Origin: Pirellulales bacterium
GTDB taxonomy: Bacteria > Planctomycetota > Planctomycetia > Pirellulales > UBA1268
DNA: 64,000 nucleotides
Reading direction: 5' to 3'
Assembly: GCA_044370415.1 (NCBI GenBank)
Contig: JBILVO010000003.1
Coordinates: 12,526-76,525 of the forward strand
The position numbers and the translations under genes were made by a program. Each line of letters begins with the position of its first letter. Position 1 is the stretch's first letter. Under the pieces are notes generated by a model that worked only from the letters and a program-made list of their open reading frames with translations, made no database searches and had not been told where the DNA came from. Positions 1 through 10,503 of the stretch are shown in pieces.

Positions 1-183
1 CTGGAGACGGTCCTGCTCGTCGGACTGCTCGGCGGGTTCACGACCTACTCGAGCTACGCCTTCCAGTCGGTGGAACTCCTGGAAGGAGGCAGGACGGTTC
101 AGGCGCTGGGCTACATGCTCGCCACGAACCTCGTGGCGCTGGCCGCGGCCTGGGCCGGGCTGCGGGCGCTGTCCGGGTCGTGA
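1..183 (+). CDS. crcB: Fluoride ion channel CrcB/FluC, C-terminal part (5' end lies outside the window)
   Basis: Frame 1 is open from base 1 to TGA 181-183. The translation LETVLLVGLLGGFTTYSSYAFQSVELL...LATNLVALAAAWAG carries the GGxTTxS signature and terminal TM helix typical of CrcB. Confidence 0.8.
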   Translation: METVLLVGLLGGFTTYSSYAFQSVELLEGGRTVQALGYMLATNLVALAAAWAGLRALSGS

Positions 184-293
184 GCCGCTCGATCTTTCAC
201 CGCGATTGCAGTCCGGTGGCTGGACCGCATAAAGTGCGGGCGTGACCACTCTGCAGGGTGGTGCGAGCAAGCCCGTCAAGCGAAGGAGCCGTC

Positions 294-665
294 GTGTCCC
301 AGAAAGCGTGGATCGTTCGTCGTGCTGCCGGCGTCGCGATACTTGTGTGTGTGATGCTGGTCGGGGTGACCTGGCCCGGGATCGTGGCCGTCAGCGGCGA
401 GCCCCGGCCGTCGGAGACCGCACTGCTGGGCAACAAGTGCATCCTGTGCAACGCGTTCAGCCCGACGCATGTGCCGCGGATCTGCAACAGTTGCAACAAC
501 AAGTACAGCAACAAGTGCATCCTCTGCAATGCGTTCAGCCCGACTCAGGTGCCGCGGATCTGCACCAGCTGCAACAACAAGTTCAGCAACAAGTGCATCC
601 TATGCAACGCGTTCAGCCCAACCCAGGCGCCGCGGATCTGCACCAGCTGCAACAACAAGTTCTAG
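294..665 (+). CDS. Small membrane-anchored Cys-rich protein with three tandem 26-aa CxxC-X11-CxxC modules (no family recognised)
   Basis: GTG 294 lies 5 nt after GAAGGAG (282-288); GTG 258 is an alternative start. One hydrophobic helix (AAGVAILVCVMLVGVTWPGIVAV) is followed by 3 x NKCILCNAFSPTxxPRICxSCNNK(Y/F)S. Differences between copies are mostly synonymous, which supports translation. Confidence 0.7.
   Translation: MSQKAWIVRRAAGVAILVCVMLVGVTWPGIVAVSGEPRPSETALLGNKCILCNAFSPTHVPRICNSCNNKYSNKCILCNAFSPTQVPRICTSCNNKFSNKCILCNAFSPTQAPRICTSCNNKF
432..662 (+). repeat. Three head-to-tail 78-bp tandem repeats (432-509, 510-587, 588-662), in frame within the CDS
   Basis: Direct alignment of the three copies shows 7 nt differences between copies 1 and 2 and 5 nt between copies 2 and 3. 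There are no spacers, and the last copy ends at the stop codon. Confidence 0.95.
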
Positions 666-734
666 ACCGCGATCGTTCGCGATCGAGCCGTATACGCTCC
701 CCGGCCGTGCATACAGTCATCCGCCACTGGAGGC

Positions 735-760
735 GGAAAAAGTCCATGGAGGACTTTTCC
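735..760. terminator. AT-rich hairpin between convergent genes (possible bidirectional terminator)
   Basis: AAAAGTCC-atgga-GGACTTTT (738-758) has flanking A/T runs. It lies between the stop of the Cys-repeat gene (665) and the stop of the porin gene (769). The stem is weak. Confidence 0.35.
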
Positions 761-768
761 ACAGCCGT

Positions 769-2286
769 CTAGAACGCCGTGACGAACTGAGTCTGGATCG
801 CGGTGCCGCTGTAGCCGGCGCGGTAGGGGTAGAGGAAGTTCTGGGCCGGGTTGCGGTTCATGTAGAGCGCCTCGATCGTCAGCCGCGCCTGCCGCGATTG
901 CCTGATGTAGTAGTTGAGACCGCCGCCATACTCCTGGCCCGTGCCGTAGGGGCCCGTGACCACGCTCGAGCGGGCGTAGGCCTCGTAGGTGCGCGGCACG
1001 AAGCACCAGGAGAGGTAGCCCATGCCGCCATGGTCGAACATGCTCGAACGGTCGAACGGGCCCTGACCTGTAAAGTCGTCGAGCAGCCGCCAGTAGTACT
1101 CGCAGAACACGCCCACTCCCCGCCACTTCCAGGCCGCGTCGACCGTGGCCAGCCGGTAGAGGAAGCTGTCGACCACGGTGTCCTTGCCCAGGGCGCCCTT
1201 CTCCGAGATCGGCGTGCCGTCGGAGAGCCGCACGAGCGTGTCTTCGGGATTGTTGCCCACGAGTGGGTTGGCGTAGGTGGGGGCGAACACGCCGCTGGTG
1301 CCCAGGCGGATCACGGGGTCGTCGTGATGCTCCATGTCGGACGCGCCGATGCCGAACGGGCCCCAGGGCTCCCACCAGGTGTTGCCGGCCCAGGCCATCG
1401 ACGTGCCGCGGCGGAGCACCCCCGTCGTGCCACCGTCGATCGCGTTCCAGACGCCGGCGATGTAGAAGACCTTCTTGTCGAAGAGGGAGCCGATCGCGGC
1501 GGCGCCGGGGCTAAATCCCGGACGGAAGAAGGTGTTGGCCATGCTGCGGTCGATGCCGATGGTCCAGGGAGACGCCAGCTCCCACTCGCGCGACCCGGGC
1601 ACCTGCGACATCCCCGCGCCGAGCGTCGCCTCCTCGCTGAACTTCCAGCCCAGAATGCCGATCGGCACGACGCCCGAGCGGATGCCGACGTTGGTCGTGC
1701 CGAAGAGGGCGAAGTTGTAGACGAGCCGCTCGTCGACGACGTGGCCGTGGAACGACAGCAGGAAGCGGTTGATGTTGAACGTGTTGATGTTGTTGACGTT
1801 GATCTGACGGCCTGCGGCGTTGGTGAACGTGGTCGTATCGCGGGCGAACTCGAGCCACCGCAGCTGCATGTAGCCGCCGAGCGCCATCGCGAAGGGAAAG
1901 TCGCCGCGGCGCGGGTTGTTGTTGAGGAACAGCAGGCCCTTGGGCGGCGCGATGTCGGTGGCGGGGATGTACCGTGGCCGCGGAATCCCGGCGAGCCTGG
2001 CGGTGACGGCCTCGTCGACGAGCGCGCGGATCATCGCCTCCTGCTCGGCGTCGCGCGGATGCAGCATGTCCTCGTAGTACTGTGTCTGCTCGACGTCGTC
2101 AGCGAGGCCAACGTGTTCAGCGAGGCTGCCGACGGCCGCGGAAGCCTCGTCGGGGGCCGCGAGCAGTGGCGGCAGCGGCGCCGCCGGCGGCGCGGAGTCT
2201 TCGGCGCGCAGTGCCGCTGATCCCTCGAGGCACGAGGCGAAAATCAGCAGCAACCTGGCGATAACGCGAGCTATACGTGCGAACAT
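769..2286 (-). CDS. Outer-membrane beta-barrel porin (phosphate-selective porin O/P-like)
   Basis: 505-aa ORF with an N-terminal signal peptide (MFARIARVIARLLLIFASCLEGSAALRA). It has alternating aromatic/Gly-rich beta-strand composition and a C-terminal ...IQTQFVTAF ending in Phe, typical of OM barrels. Confidence 0.75.
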   Translation of the reverse strand: MFARIARVIARLLLIFASCLEGSAALRAEDSAPPAAPLPPLLAAPDEASAAVGSLAEHVGLADDVEQTQYYEDMLHPRDAEQEAMIRALVDEAVTARLAGIPRPRYIPATDIAPPKGLLFLNNNPRRGDFPFAMALGGYMQLRWLEFARDTTTFTNAAGRQINVNNINTFNINRFLLSFHGHVVDERLVYNFALFGTTNVGIRSGVVPIGILGWKFSEEATLGAGMSQVPGSREWELASPWTIGIDRSMANTFFRPGFSPGAAAIGSLFDKKVFYIAGVWNAIDGGTTGVLRRGTSMAWAGNTWWEPWGPFGIGASDMEHHDDPVIRLGTSGVFAPTYANPLVGNNPEDTLVRLSDGTPISEKGALGKDTVVDSFLYRLATVDAAWKWRGVGVFCEYYWRLLDDFTGQGPFDRSSMFDHGGMGYLSWCFVPRTYEAYARSSVVTGPYGTGQEYGGGLNYYIRQSRQARLTIEALYMNRNPAQNFLYPYRAGYSGTAIQTQFVTAF

Positions 2287-2568
2287 CCCGTATCAGAATC
2301 GGGAGCGGATGTGCCGGTTGTGCAGGGAATTCCGCCGCGGCAATCCAGCGGGGAGGGGAAGGGTGGAGAAGGCAGGGGGACGCGTGTCATTGCGGGTGGC
2401 TTGGGCAAGGAACGTCGTCGGTGTTTCGATCGTCCGACAGTTCTGCGGGGTCTGGGCATAAACGCCGTCGGCAGCCGGAGGTCCGACTGGTGCGGTCGGA
2501 GCGAGTGTGCCGATAGGAGCAACAAACGGGGCCTCCGTCGCGGCCCCGCATCTCCTCGAGGGCCTTCG

Positions 2569-3450
2569 ATGAGCCAGCGCCTGCGCACCTGCCCGCTGCT
2601 CGAACATCCGTCCACAACCGTGCGGCTCCGTGCCGCCCCGGCGCCATGGGATCTGCGGCGCTGCGAGGAGACCGGCTTCGTGTACCTGGCGAATCCGCCG
2701 GCCCAGCACCTGTTTCAAGATGCGTTCGCCTGGGAGGCGACGCACGAGCGTGAGGCGGCACTCCGCAGCGAACGCGAGCCCGTGGTGCACGCCGTCAGTG
2801 GCTGGGTGAAGCGTTTTCGCCGGCGGGTCCTGCGTCGGGACAAGATGACAGCGCTCGTCGCCAGTGTGCTGCAGGATGTCGCCCGCCGGGCGCCGCAGGA
2901 TCCGCTGCGGCTGGTGGACGTGGGCTGCGGCGAGGGCATGCTCGCCCACCGCGTAGTCGAGCAGCTGCCCGAAGGTGTCGCTGCCCGGATCGAGCCCATC
3001 GGCATCGAAATCTCGAACGTGCTCGCGCAACGCTCCAGCCGGGCGCTGCGGCGTCACGGCGGCCGCTGCATCCACGCCACCGGCATCGACGGGCTCGCCG
3101 AAGTGGAAAGTGACAGCGTGCACGCGATCGTGCTTTCCTGCATTCTCGAGCACGAGATCGAGCCGCTGCCGCTCCTGCGGCGCTGCGTCTCCCGGCTCGC
3201 GGCTGACGGGAGAGTCGTCGTGAAGGTTCCGAACTACGCGTGCCTCGCGCGTCACGTCCGTGGCAGCCGCTGGTGCGGGTATCGCTGGCCGGACCACGTG
3301 AATTACTTCACACCCAAGACCCTGGTCGCGATGGGGCAAGCGGCGGGCCTGCGGGTCGTGCGGATGACACTGGCCGATCGGCAACCGCTGAGCGACTCGC
3401 TCTACGCCGTGTTCGGCCGCGCCTCGCAGGTGCACGCGAACGCCGCATAG
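2569..3450 (+). CDS. Class I SAM-dependent methyltransferase
   Basis: ATG 2569. Motif I is LVDVGCGEGMLA, followed by VHAIVLSCILEHEIEP...LAADGRVVVKVPN. The N-terminal region MSQRLRTCPLLEH...CEETGFVYLANPP resembles the Zn-ribbon-like lead-in of Methyltransf_23-type proteins. Confidence 0.85.
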   Translation: MSQRLRTCPLLEHPSTTVRLRAAPAPWDLRRCEETGFVYLANPPAQHLFQDAFAWEATHEREAALRSEREPVVHAVSGWVKRFRRRVLRRDKMTALVASVLQDVARRAPQDPLRLVDVGCGEGMLAHRVVEQLPEGVAARIEPIGIEISNVLAQRSSRALRRHGGRCIHATGIDGLAEVESDSVHAIVLSCILEHEIEPLPLLRRCVSRLAADGRVVVKVPNYACLARHVRGSRWCGYRWPDHVNYFTPKTLVAMGQAAGLRVVRMTLADRQPLSDSLYAVFGRASQVHANAA

Positions 3451-3663
3451 CGAGAAGCGGAGCCGGCTCACGCACGGGGACGGCTGTTCGTCTGCGGGTC
3501 GATCCCCAGCTCGGGAACACGCGTGCCGCTAGCACCACCGCCTGCGTTCACGATCGTCCCTTCTGCGCGTCCGGTGCGTCGGGGGCATCGATCATCTCCC
3601 GCATATCTGTCGCGGGACTCGTTCTTCACGGTTCTTGCCGCGACCGTCGCCGGCGGTTTCACG

Positions 3664-3903
3664 ATGCGGCCCATTCAACGCCGTATCGAGCGGAACCGGG
3701 CCGTGCGCGAGCTCAACGAACGGCGGAGTTTCTCGCACGTCACCGACATGCTGCAGGTGGCCAGGTGTCCGACGCGACTCTTGTGCAGCGATGCGTCGGG
3801 GTCGAGCGGCGCCAGCAACGAGACGAACGTGCGGCGCATGATTGAATACGTGTCATACGGCGTCGAGTTGCAATCGATCACCGCCAAGGTGGCGGCTCTC
3901 TAG
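3664..3903 (+). CDS. Hypothetical small protein (79 aa), uncertain
   Basis: ATG 3664 with high GC3 and a charged helical N-terminus (MRPIQRRIERNRAVRELNERR). The antisense ORF 3675-3887 shares the same wobble positions, so the strand cannot be decided from composition. Confidence 0.3.
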   Translation: MRPIQRRIERNRAVRELNERRSFSHVTDMLQVARCPTRLLCSDASGSSGASNETNVRRMIEYVSYGVELQSITAKVAAL

Positions 3904-3927
3904 GGCGACTGGAAATCCGATGCCGTC

Positions 3928-4032
3928 ATGCATTCTGCGATCGACAACATCGAGCGGCTGTGTGCCGACCTCGAGAGCAAGTCCCTGCATAAGGTGCTGC
4001 TGCTCGAGCAGATCAACCAGCGGCTACGGTAG
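3928..4032 (+). CDS. Hypothetical 34-aa ORF (MHSAIDNIERLCADLESKSLHKVLLLEQINQRLR), same frame as 3664-3903
   Basis: Below the ORF-track size cut-off and found by reading the sequence. It has high GC3 and an amphipathic-helix pattern. It is separated from the upstream ORF only by TAG 3901-3903. Confidence 0.25.
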   Translation: MHSAIDNIERLCADLESKSLHKVLLLEQINQRLR

Positions 4033-4243
4033 CCCGCTGACCGGCGAGACAGCCGTGGCCGTTGGGCGTGTTCTTCTCTTCGGATGAGCGGGAAAGCCTG
4101 AGAGGCCGGATGATCCGAGGGTTTGGCCGCGATGTGGCCGTTGCGTTGTCCGAAAGGGCGGTGCGGTAGCGCCGTGTACACAGCCGCCCCGCCAGCCCTG
4201 GCGGTCACCGACAAAAAGCCCTGCATTTCAAGTGAAAATCGAA

Positions 4244-4316
4244 TCGGGGCGGAGAGATTCGAACTCTCGACCTCCTGGTCCCAAACCAGGCGCGCTGCCA
4301 ACTGCGCTACGCCCCG
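4244..4316 (-). tRNA. tRNA-Pro (anticodon TGG)
   Basis: 73-nt cloverleaf on the minus strand. Acceptor stem is CGGGGCG/CGCCCCG and the D arm is GCGC-AGTTGGCA-GCGC. The anticodon stem CCTGG/CCAGG carries loop TTTGGGA (TGG, G37). The T arm is GAGAG-TTCGAAT-CTCTC with discriminator A, and CCA is not encoded. Confidence 0.93.
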
Positions 4317-4435
4317 TACACCGGCCAGCGGAACCCGGGCCGCCCATGAGTGTACCGCATCGGCGCCGGCCGTTCCGGTGGACCGACACCGCGACTCCTG
4401 CTCCCGCTGTGTTCCCGGAATCCGCGGCTAGACTG

Positions 4436-5497
4436 TCAGCCCGTGATCTGGTCGAAGAGCCGCTGGAACTCGTCGAGGTCGGCGAACGGGATCACGATCC
4501 GGCCCGCTCCCTTGCCGTTGGCGTGCACCACCACCTTCACGCCGAGGGCCCGCCGCAGGTCGGTCTCCACCGCCGCCGTCTGGCCCGCCCGCTTCGTCGC
4601 CGGTCGGCCCGGCCGCCGCTTCGCAGGCGCCGCCGGCTTCGATCCGACCGTCGTGGTGCCGACGCTGTCGTCATCACCGTCGGACGACTGTTCGGCCAAG
4701 TGCTCGGCATGGTCCTCGGCACGGAGGATCTCGCCCACCTCAGACTCGATCGCGCGGACCGACATCCCCTCGGCCACGATCCGGTCGGCCAGCCGGCACT
4801 GCTCCTCCTCGTCGCCCAATGGCAGAAGCGCGCGGGCGTGGCCCATCGAGATCGCCCCCGACCGCAGCCGCTCCTGCACCCGCGCCGGCAGCTCCAAGAG
4901 CCGGATCAGGTTGGCCACCGTCGAGCGGTCGACCGAGAGCCGCTTGGCGAGTTCGTCCTGCGTGCCCCCCCAGGCGGCCAGATACTGCTTGAAGCTGGCC
5001 GCCTTCTCCAGTGGGTCGAGGTCGCGCCGCTGCAGGTTCTCGACGATCGCGATCTCCGACATCTGCCGGTCGTCGACGTCGAGCACCCGGACGGGCACCG
5101 ACTCCCAGCCGAGCCGCCGCGCCGCGAAGAGCCGCCGCTGACCGGCGATCAGCTGGTAGCGGTCGCCCTTCGCCCGCACCACGACCGGCTGCACGAGGCC
5201 GTGATCGCGGAGGCTGTTGGCCAGCTCGGCCAGGTCGGCGTCGTTGACGACGCTCCGCGGCTGCCAGGGGTTCGGGTCGACGAGCCCCGTGGCGATCTCG
5301 CTGGTGGGCAGCGACGCAGCCGCCTGCTCCAGCTCCTCGGGCTTGTGGAGGATGAGCCGGGCGGCGCCGGAGCCGAGCTCGGAGCGGGACGCCAGAGCGG
5401 CGTTGCCGGCGGTCGCGGGCGCGGCCCCCGCGGGTTCGATTCCGGCACGGCCCAGCAGGGCCTCGAGTCCACGGCCCAGGCGTCGTTCCCTACTCAC
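4436..5497 (-). CDS. parB: Chromosome partitioning protein ParB (Spo0J)
   Basis: GTG 5497 overlaps the parA stop by 8 nt. The N-terminus VSRERRLGRGLEALL is the classic ParB opening. It also has the GLVQPVVVR and LIAGQRRLFAARRLG ParB boxes and the HTH SQDELAKRLSVDRSTVANLIRLL. Confidence 0.92.
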   Translation of the reverse strand: MSRERRLGRGLEALLGRAGIEPAGAAPATAGNAALASRSELGSGAARLILHKPEELEQAAASLPTSEIATGLVDPNPWQPRSVVNDADLAELANSLRDHGLVQPVVVRAKGDRYQLIAGQRRLFAARRLGWESVPVRVLDVDDRQMSEIAIVENLQRRDLDPLEKAASFKQYLAAWGGTQDELAKRLSVDRSTVANLIRLLELPARVQERLRSGAISMGHARALLPLGDEEEQCRLADRIVAEGMSVRAIESEVGEILRAEDHAEHLAEQSSDGDDDSVGTTTVGSKPAAPAKRRPGRPATKRAGQTAAVETDLRRALGVKVVVHANGKGAGRIVIPFADLDEFQRLFDQITG

Positions 5498-6305
5498 AGT
5501 CGCGTACCTCCATGCACAGTTCCGTGTAGGCCCGCGCTCCTCGTGAGCGCGGCGCGTAATCGAGCACACTCTGCGCGTGGCTGGGCGCCTCCGAGACGGC
5601 CACGTCGCGCGGGATGACCGTCTCGAAGACGATCTCCCCGAAGAAGTCCCTCACCTCGGCCTCGACCTCCGTCGTCAATTCCAGATTCGCGTCGTGCATC
5701 GTCAGCACGATGCCGCTGAACCGCAGCCGGCCGGGCCGCTCCGCCATCACGTCGCGGATCACCTCGATCATCTGGGTGAGCCCCTCGAGTGCGAAGTATT
5801 CGCACTGGATCGGCATGAGCACCTCGGTGCTGCCGGCCAGCGCCGTCCGCGTGAGCTCGCCCACGCTCGGCGGGCAGTCGATCAGGCAGTAGTCCCAGGC
5901 GTTGAGACCGCCAGCCAGATGGTTTTCGAGCACCATCGATCCGCTCCGCGCCTCGGCCGCGATCCGCTCGACGTCGCGGACGCTCCGGCTGCCGGGGATG
6001 ATCGAGAGGTTGGCGATCCCCGTCGCGAGCACCGCCTCCGAGAGCGGCGCCTCCGAGACGAGCGGGTGGGCGGCGGCGGGTACGGCGCCGAAGCCGGTCG
6101 TCGCGTTGCACTGCGGGTCGAGGTCGAGCAAGAGCGTTCGCATGCCGCTCCGGGCCAGGCCTGCCGCGAGGTTGGAGGCGGTGGTCGTCTTGCCGACGCC
6201 GCCCTTCTGGTTCGCCACGCAGAGAATCCTTCCCACGCGCAGATTCCTTCCCAACGACACTCGCGGCACGATGCGTGCTCTCGGTGTATCGGCAACATCC
6301 GGCAC
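5490..6305 (-). CDS. parA: Chromosome partitioning ATPase ParA (Soj)
   Basis: Deviant Walker A is ANQKGGVGKTTTASNLA, and DxD (LLLDLDPQ) and DCPPS motifs are present. GTG 6305 gives the longest ORF. An alternative GTG 6236, preceded by GGAAGGA, would give a more typical 248-aa ParA. Confidence 0.92.
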   Translation of the reverse strand: MPDVADTPRARIVPRVSLGRNLRVGRILCVANQKGGVGKTTTASNLAAGLARSGMRTLLLDLDPQCNATTGFGAVPAAAHPLVSEAPLSEAVLATGIANLSIIPGSRSVRDVERIAAEARSGSMVLENHLAGGLNAWDYCLIDCPPSVGELTRTALAGSTEVLMPIQCEYFALEGLTQMIEVIRDVMAERPGRLRFSGIVLTMHDANLELTTEVEAEVRDFFGEIVFETVIPRDVAVSEAPSHAQSVLDYAPRSRGARAYTELCMEVRDCE

Positions 6306-6317
6306 CGCATGAACGCG

Positions 6318-6331
6318 GTTTCACTTGAACC
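6318..6331. promoter_or_regulatory. Degenerate parS-like site GTTTCACTTGAACC
   Basis: 12 of 14 positions match the parS core GTTTCACGTGAAAC. It lies 13 bp upstream of the longest parA start and 33 bp from the perfect palindrome. Confidence 0.4.
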
Positions 6332-6363
6332 CGCCCGCCTTGCCTAGTTCGCCCATGGCCCCC

Positions 6364-6377
6364 GTTCCACGTGGAAC
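6364..6377. promoter_or_regulatory. parS centromere-like site (perfect palindrome GTTCCACGTGGAAC)
   Basis: The 14-bp perfect inverted repeat matches the core of the ParB-binding consensus tGTTNCACGTGAAACa. It sits about 60 bp upstream of parA. Confidence 0.7.
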
Positions 6378-6707
6378 CGCAGGCGGTGGTTTCGCGGCCG
6401 TGGCAGCTGCCCTGGACCCACGTGGGCTGAGGCTGAACATCGTTGGGAAGGTTCCGGCTTCGGGCTCCCCGCATCCGTCGCCGGACGTTCGCTCCGGCTA
6501 TCCTGGCCTCCGCTCTCTCAAAGCTGCCAGCGCTTCGCCATCCTGGCTTCGCTTGTCAGCTACGCCGGCTCTCGAGACACGGAGAGCCCTTCGCCTCCCG
6601 CACCGCCCAACCATGAAACACGCTGGCTCCCGGGGCATGGGCAGCCCTCGCGGATTCGACGAGCCGCCGCAGCCTGAGCGCGATGACAAGGCCTCGCTGC
6701 TGCACCG

Positions 6708-8030
<1,323 letters not shown>

Positions 8031-8090
8031 GCTGTTCCTTACCAGTGAGAGGACCGTACGACGAACCCGGATGACGAAGCGGGAATGGTA

Positions 8091-8137
8091 GCAAAAAAGA
8101 CACGGGCCGCGTCGCCAGTGGTGAGGCGACGCGGCCC
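8091..8137 (-). terminator. Rho-independent terminator downstream of ahcY
   Basis: Minus strand reads GGGCCGCGTCGCC-(8-nt loop)-GGCGACGCGGCCC followed by GTGTCTTTTTTGC. It begins 48 nt after the ahcY stop. Confidence 0.6.
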
Positions 8138-8185
8138 GCTGCGGGAGTTTCACGGGAAACGAAACGCTGGAGCAAACCAGCGGAA

Positions 8186-9499
<1,314 letters not shown>

Positions 9500-9627
9500 G
9501 GGCAGAGCTCCTGGGAGGGCGGGAACGAACGGGCCGCGAACACCTGATGGTCGCGAACGCCCTTATGGTAGCGACCCGCCGTCAGCCGCAAAGGGTTCCC
9601 GGGCCGGGTCGGCCCCCCCGGCGGCTC

Positions 9628-10329
9628 TCACCGCATCCCCAGGGCCCGGCGGGCGGCCGCGACGAAGGCGGCCACCTTGGCGGGATCCTTGCGTCCCGGC
9701 GCGGTCTCGACACCGCTGGCGGTGTCGACCGCCCGCACGCCCGTCACCCGGATCGCCTCCGCGACGTTCGAGGGGGTGAGGCCACCCGCCAGCGCCAGCG
9801 GCACTGGCAGCGAGCCGGCGCGGGCCAGGGCCATCCAGTCGACGAGCGCCCCGGTGCCGCCGAGGCCGCCGCCCGCGGTGCCCGTCGCGGCGGCGTCGAC
9901 GAGCGCCATGACCGGGCCGGCGCCGGCCAGCAGCGCCTCCTCGATCCAGCGGCGGGCGGTGGCCAGACGGTCCGACTCGCCGGCGCCGGCCTCCAGCCGC
10001 ACGGCGCGGATCACCGGCACCCCGCAGAGTTCGCCGCAGCGGCCGGGAGGGTCGACCGGGCCCGGGCCGCCGAAGTGGCCGTGCAGCTGCACGGCGTCGA
10101 GGCCCACCGCGCGGGCCACGTGGAGGATGTCGGCCGCCGCCGTGCCGGCGAAGACGCCCACCTTCGCCACGCCCCGCGGCACCGCGGCCGCCACCGCGCG
10201 GGCGGCGTCGACGTCGAGCCGACGCAGCGAGCCGTCGACGAAGTTGAGGCCGACCGCGTCGGCGCCAGCGTCGCACGCCATGCGCGCGTCGACGGCGGTC
10301 ATCACGCCGCAGATCTTCACGTGGAACAT
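9628..10329 (-). CDS. trpF: Phosphoribosylanthranilate isomerase
   Basis: ATG 10329 is preceded by GGAGGTG. MFHVKICGVMTAVDARMACDAGADAVGLNFV...KVGVFAG...LQLHG...LAGGLTPSNVAEAI is the typical TrpF pattern. Confidence 0.9.
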   Translation of the reverse strand: MFHVKICGVMTAVDARMACDAGADAVGLNFVDGSLRRLDVDAARAVAAAVPRGVAKVGVFAGTAAADILHVARAVGLDAVQLHGHFGGPGPVDPPGRCGELCGVPVIRAVRLEAGAGESDRLATARRWIEEALLAGAGPVMALVDAAATGTAGGGLGGTGALVDWMALARAGSLPVPLALAGGLTPSNVAEAIRVTGVRAVDTASGVETAPGRKDPAKVAAFVAAARRALGMR

Positions 10330-10503
10330 GCGCTCACCTCCGGGCGGCATATCCGGCGCCACCGGTCGCGACCGGGGCCTTTCGCCCCTCCGTGAAAGTC
10401 TACGGCGGCGGCGGACGGTGCAGGAAGGTGCCGCCGTTGGTCGACATCACAACGGTACGAGGCACGTCGGTCGCTCACAACCACCTCCGGACACTTCAGC
10501 CAG

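Noticed and set aside
1-183. Fluoride riboswitch associated with crcB
   Set aside because: The 5' end and leader of crcB lie outside the window, so this cannot be assessed.
432-662. Possible CRISPR array or non-coding satellite (three 78-bp repeats)
   Set aside because: The repeats are contiguous with no spacers and lie in frame inside an ORF with an RBS. They differ mainly at synonymous sites, so they are a coding repeat and not a CRISPR array.
469-2220. A 583-aa plus-strand ORF overlapping the porin gene
   Set aside because: It has no motifs and is Arg/Ala/Gly-rich. The minus-strand frame gives a signal peptide, beta-barrel composition and a terminal Phe, so the porin frame is preferred.
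4033-4243. Possible ncRNA in the 210-bp gap next to tRNA-Pro
   Set aside because: I looked for RNase P, SRP and tmRNA core motifs on both strands and found none. Only a short CCGCCAG/CTGGCGG hairpin with a 2-nt loop is present, which is insufficient evidence.
9500-9627. SAH riboswitch in the 128-nt leader of ahcY
   Set aside because: ahcY is often preceded by an SAH riboswitch in some phyla, and a GGTCGC/GCGACC hairpin is present. However, I could not find the conserved core I remember (GAGGAGCG...CAGGCUCGG...AACGGCGCUC). This needs cmsearch with RF01057 to settle and is not called.
10311-10326. parS-like sequence ATCTTCACGTGGAACA overlapping the trpF start
   Set aside because: The right half-site is perfect, but the left half has three mismatches at the outer positions. 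It lies within coding and RBS sequence and is probably a chance match.
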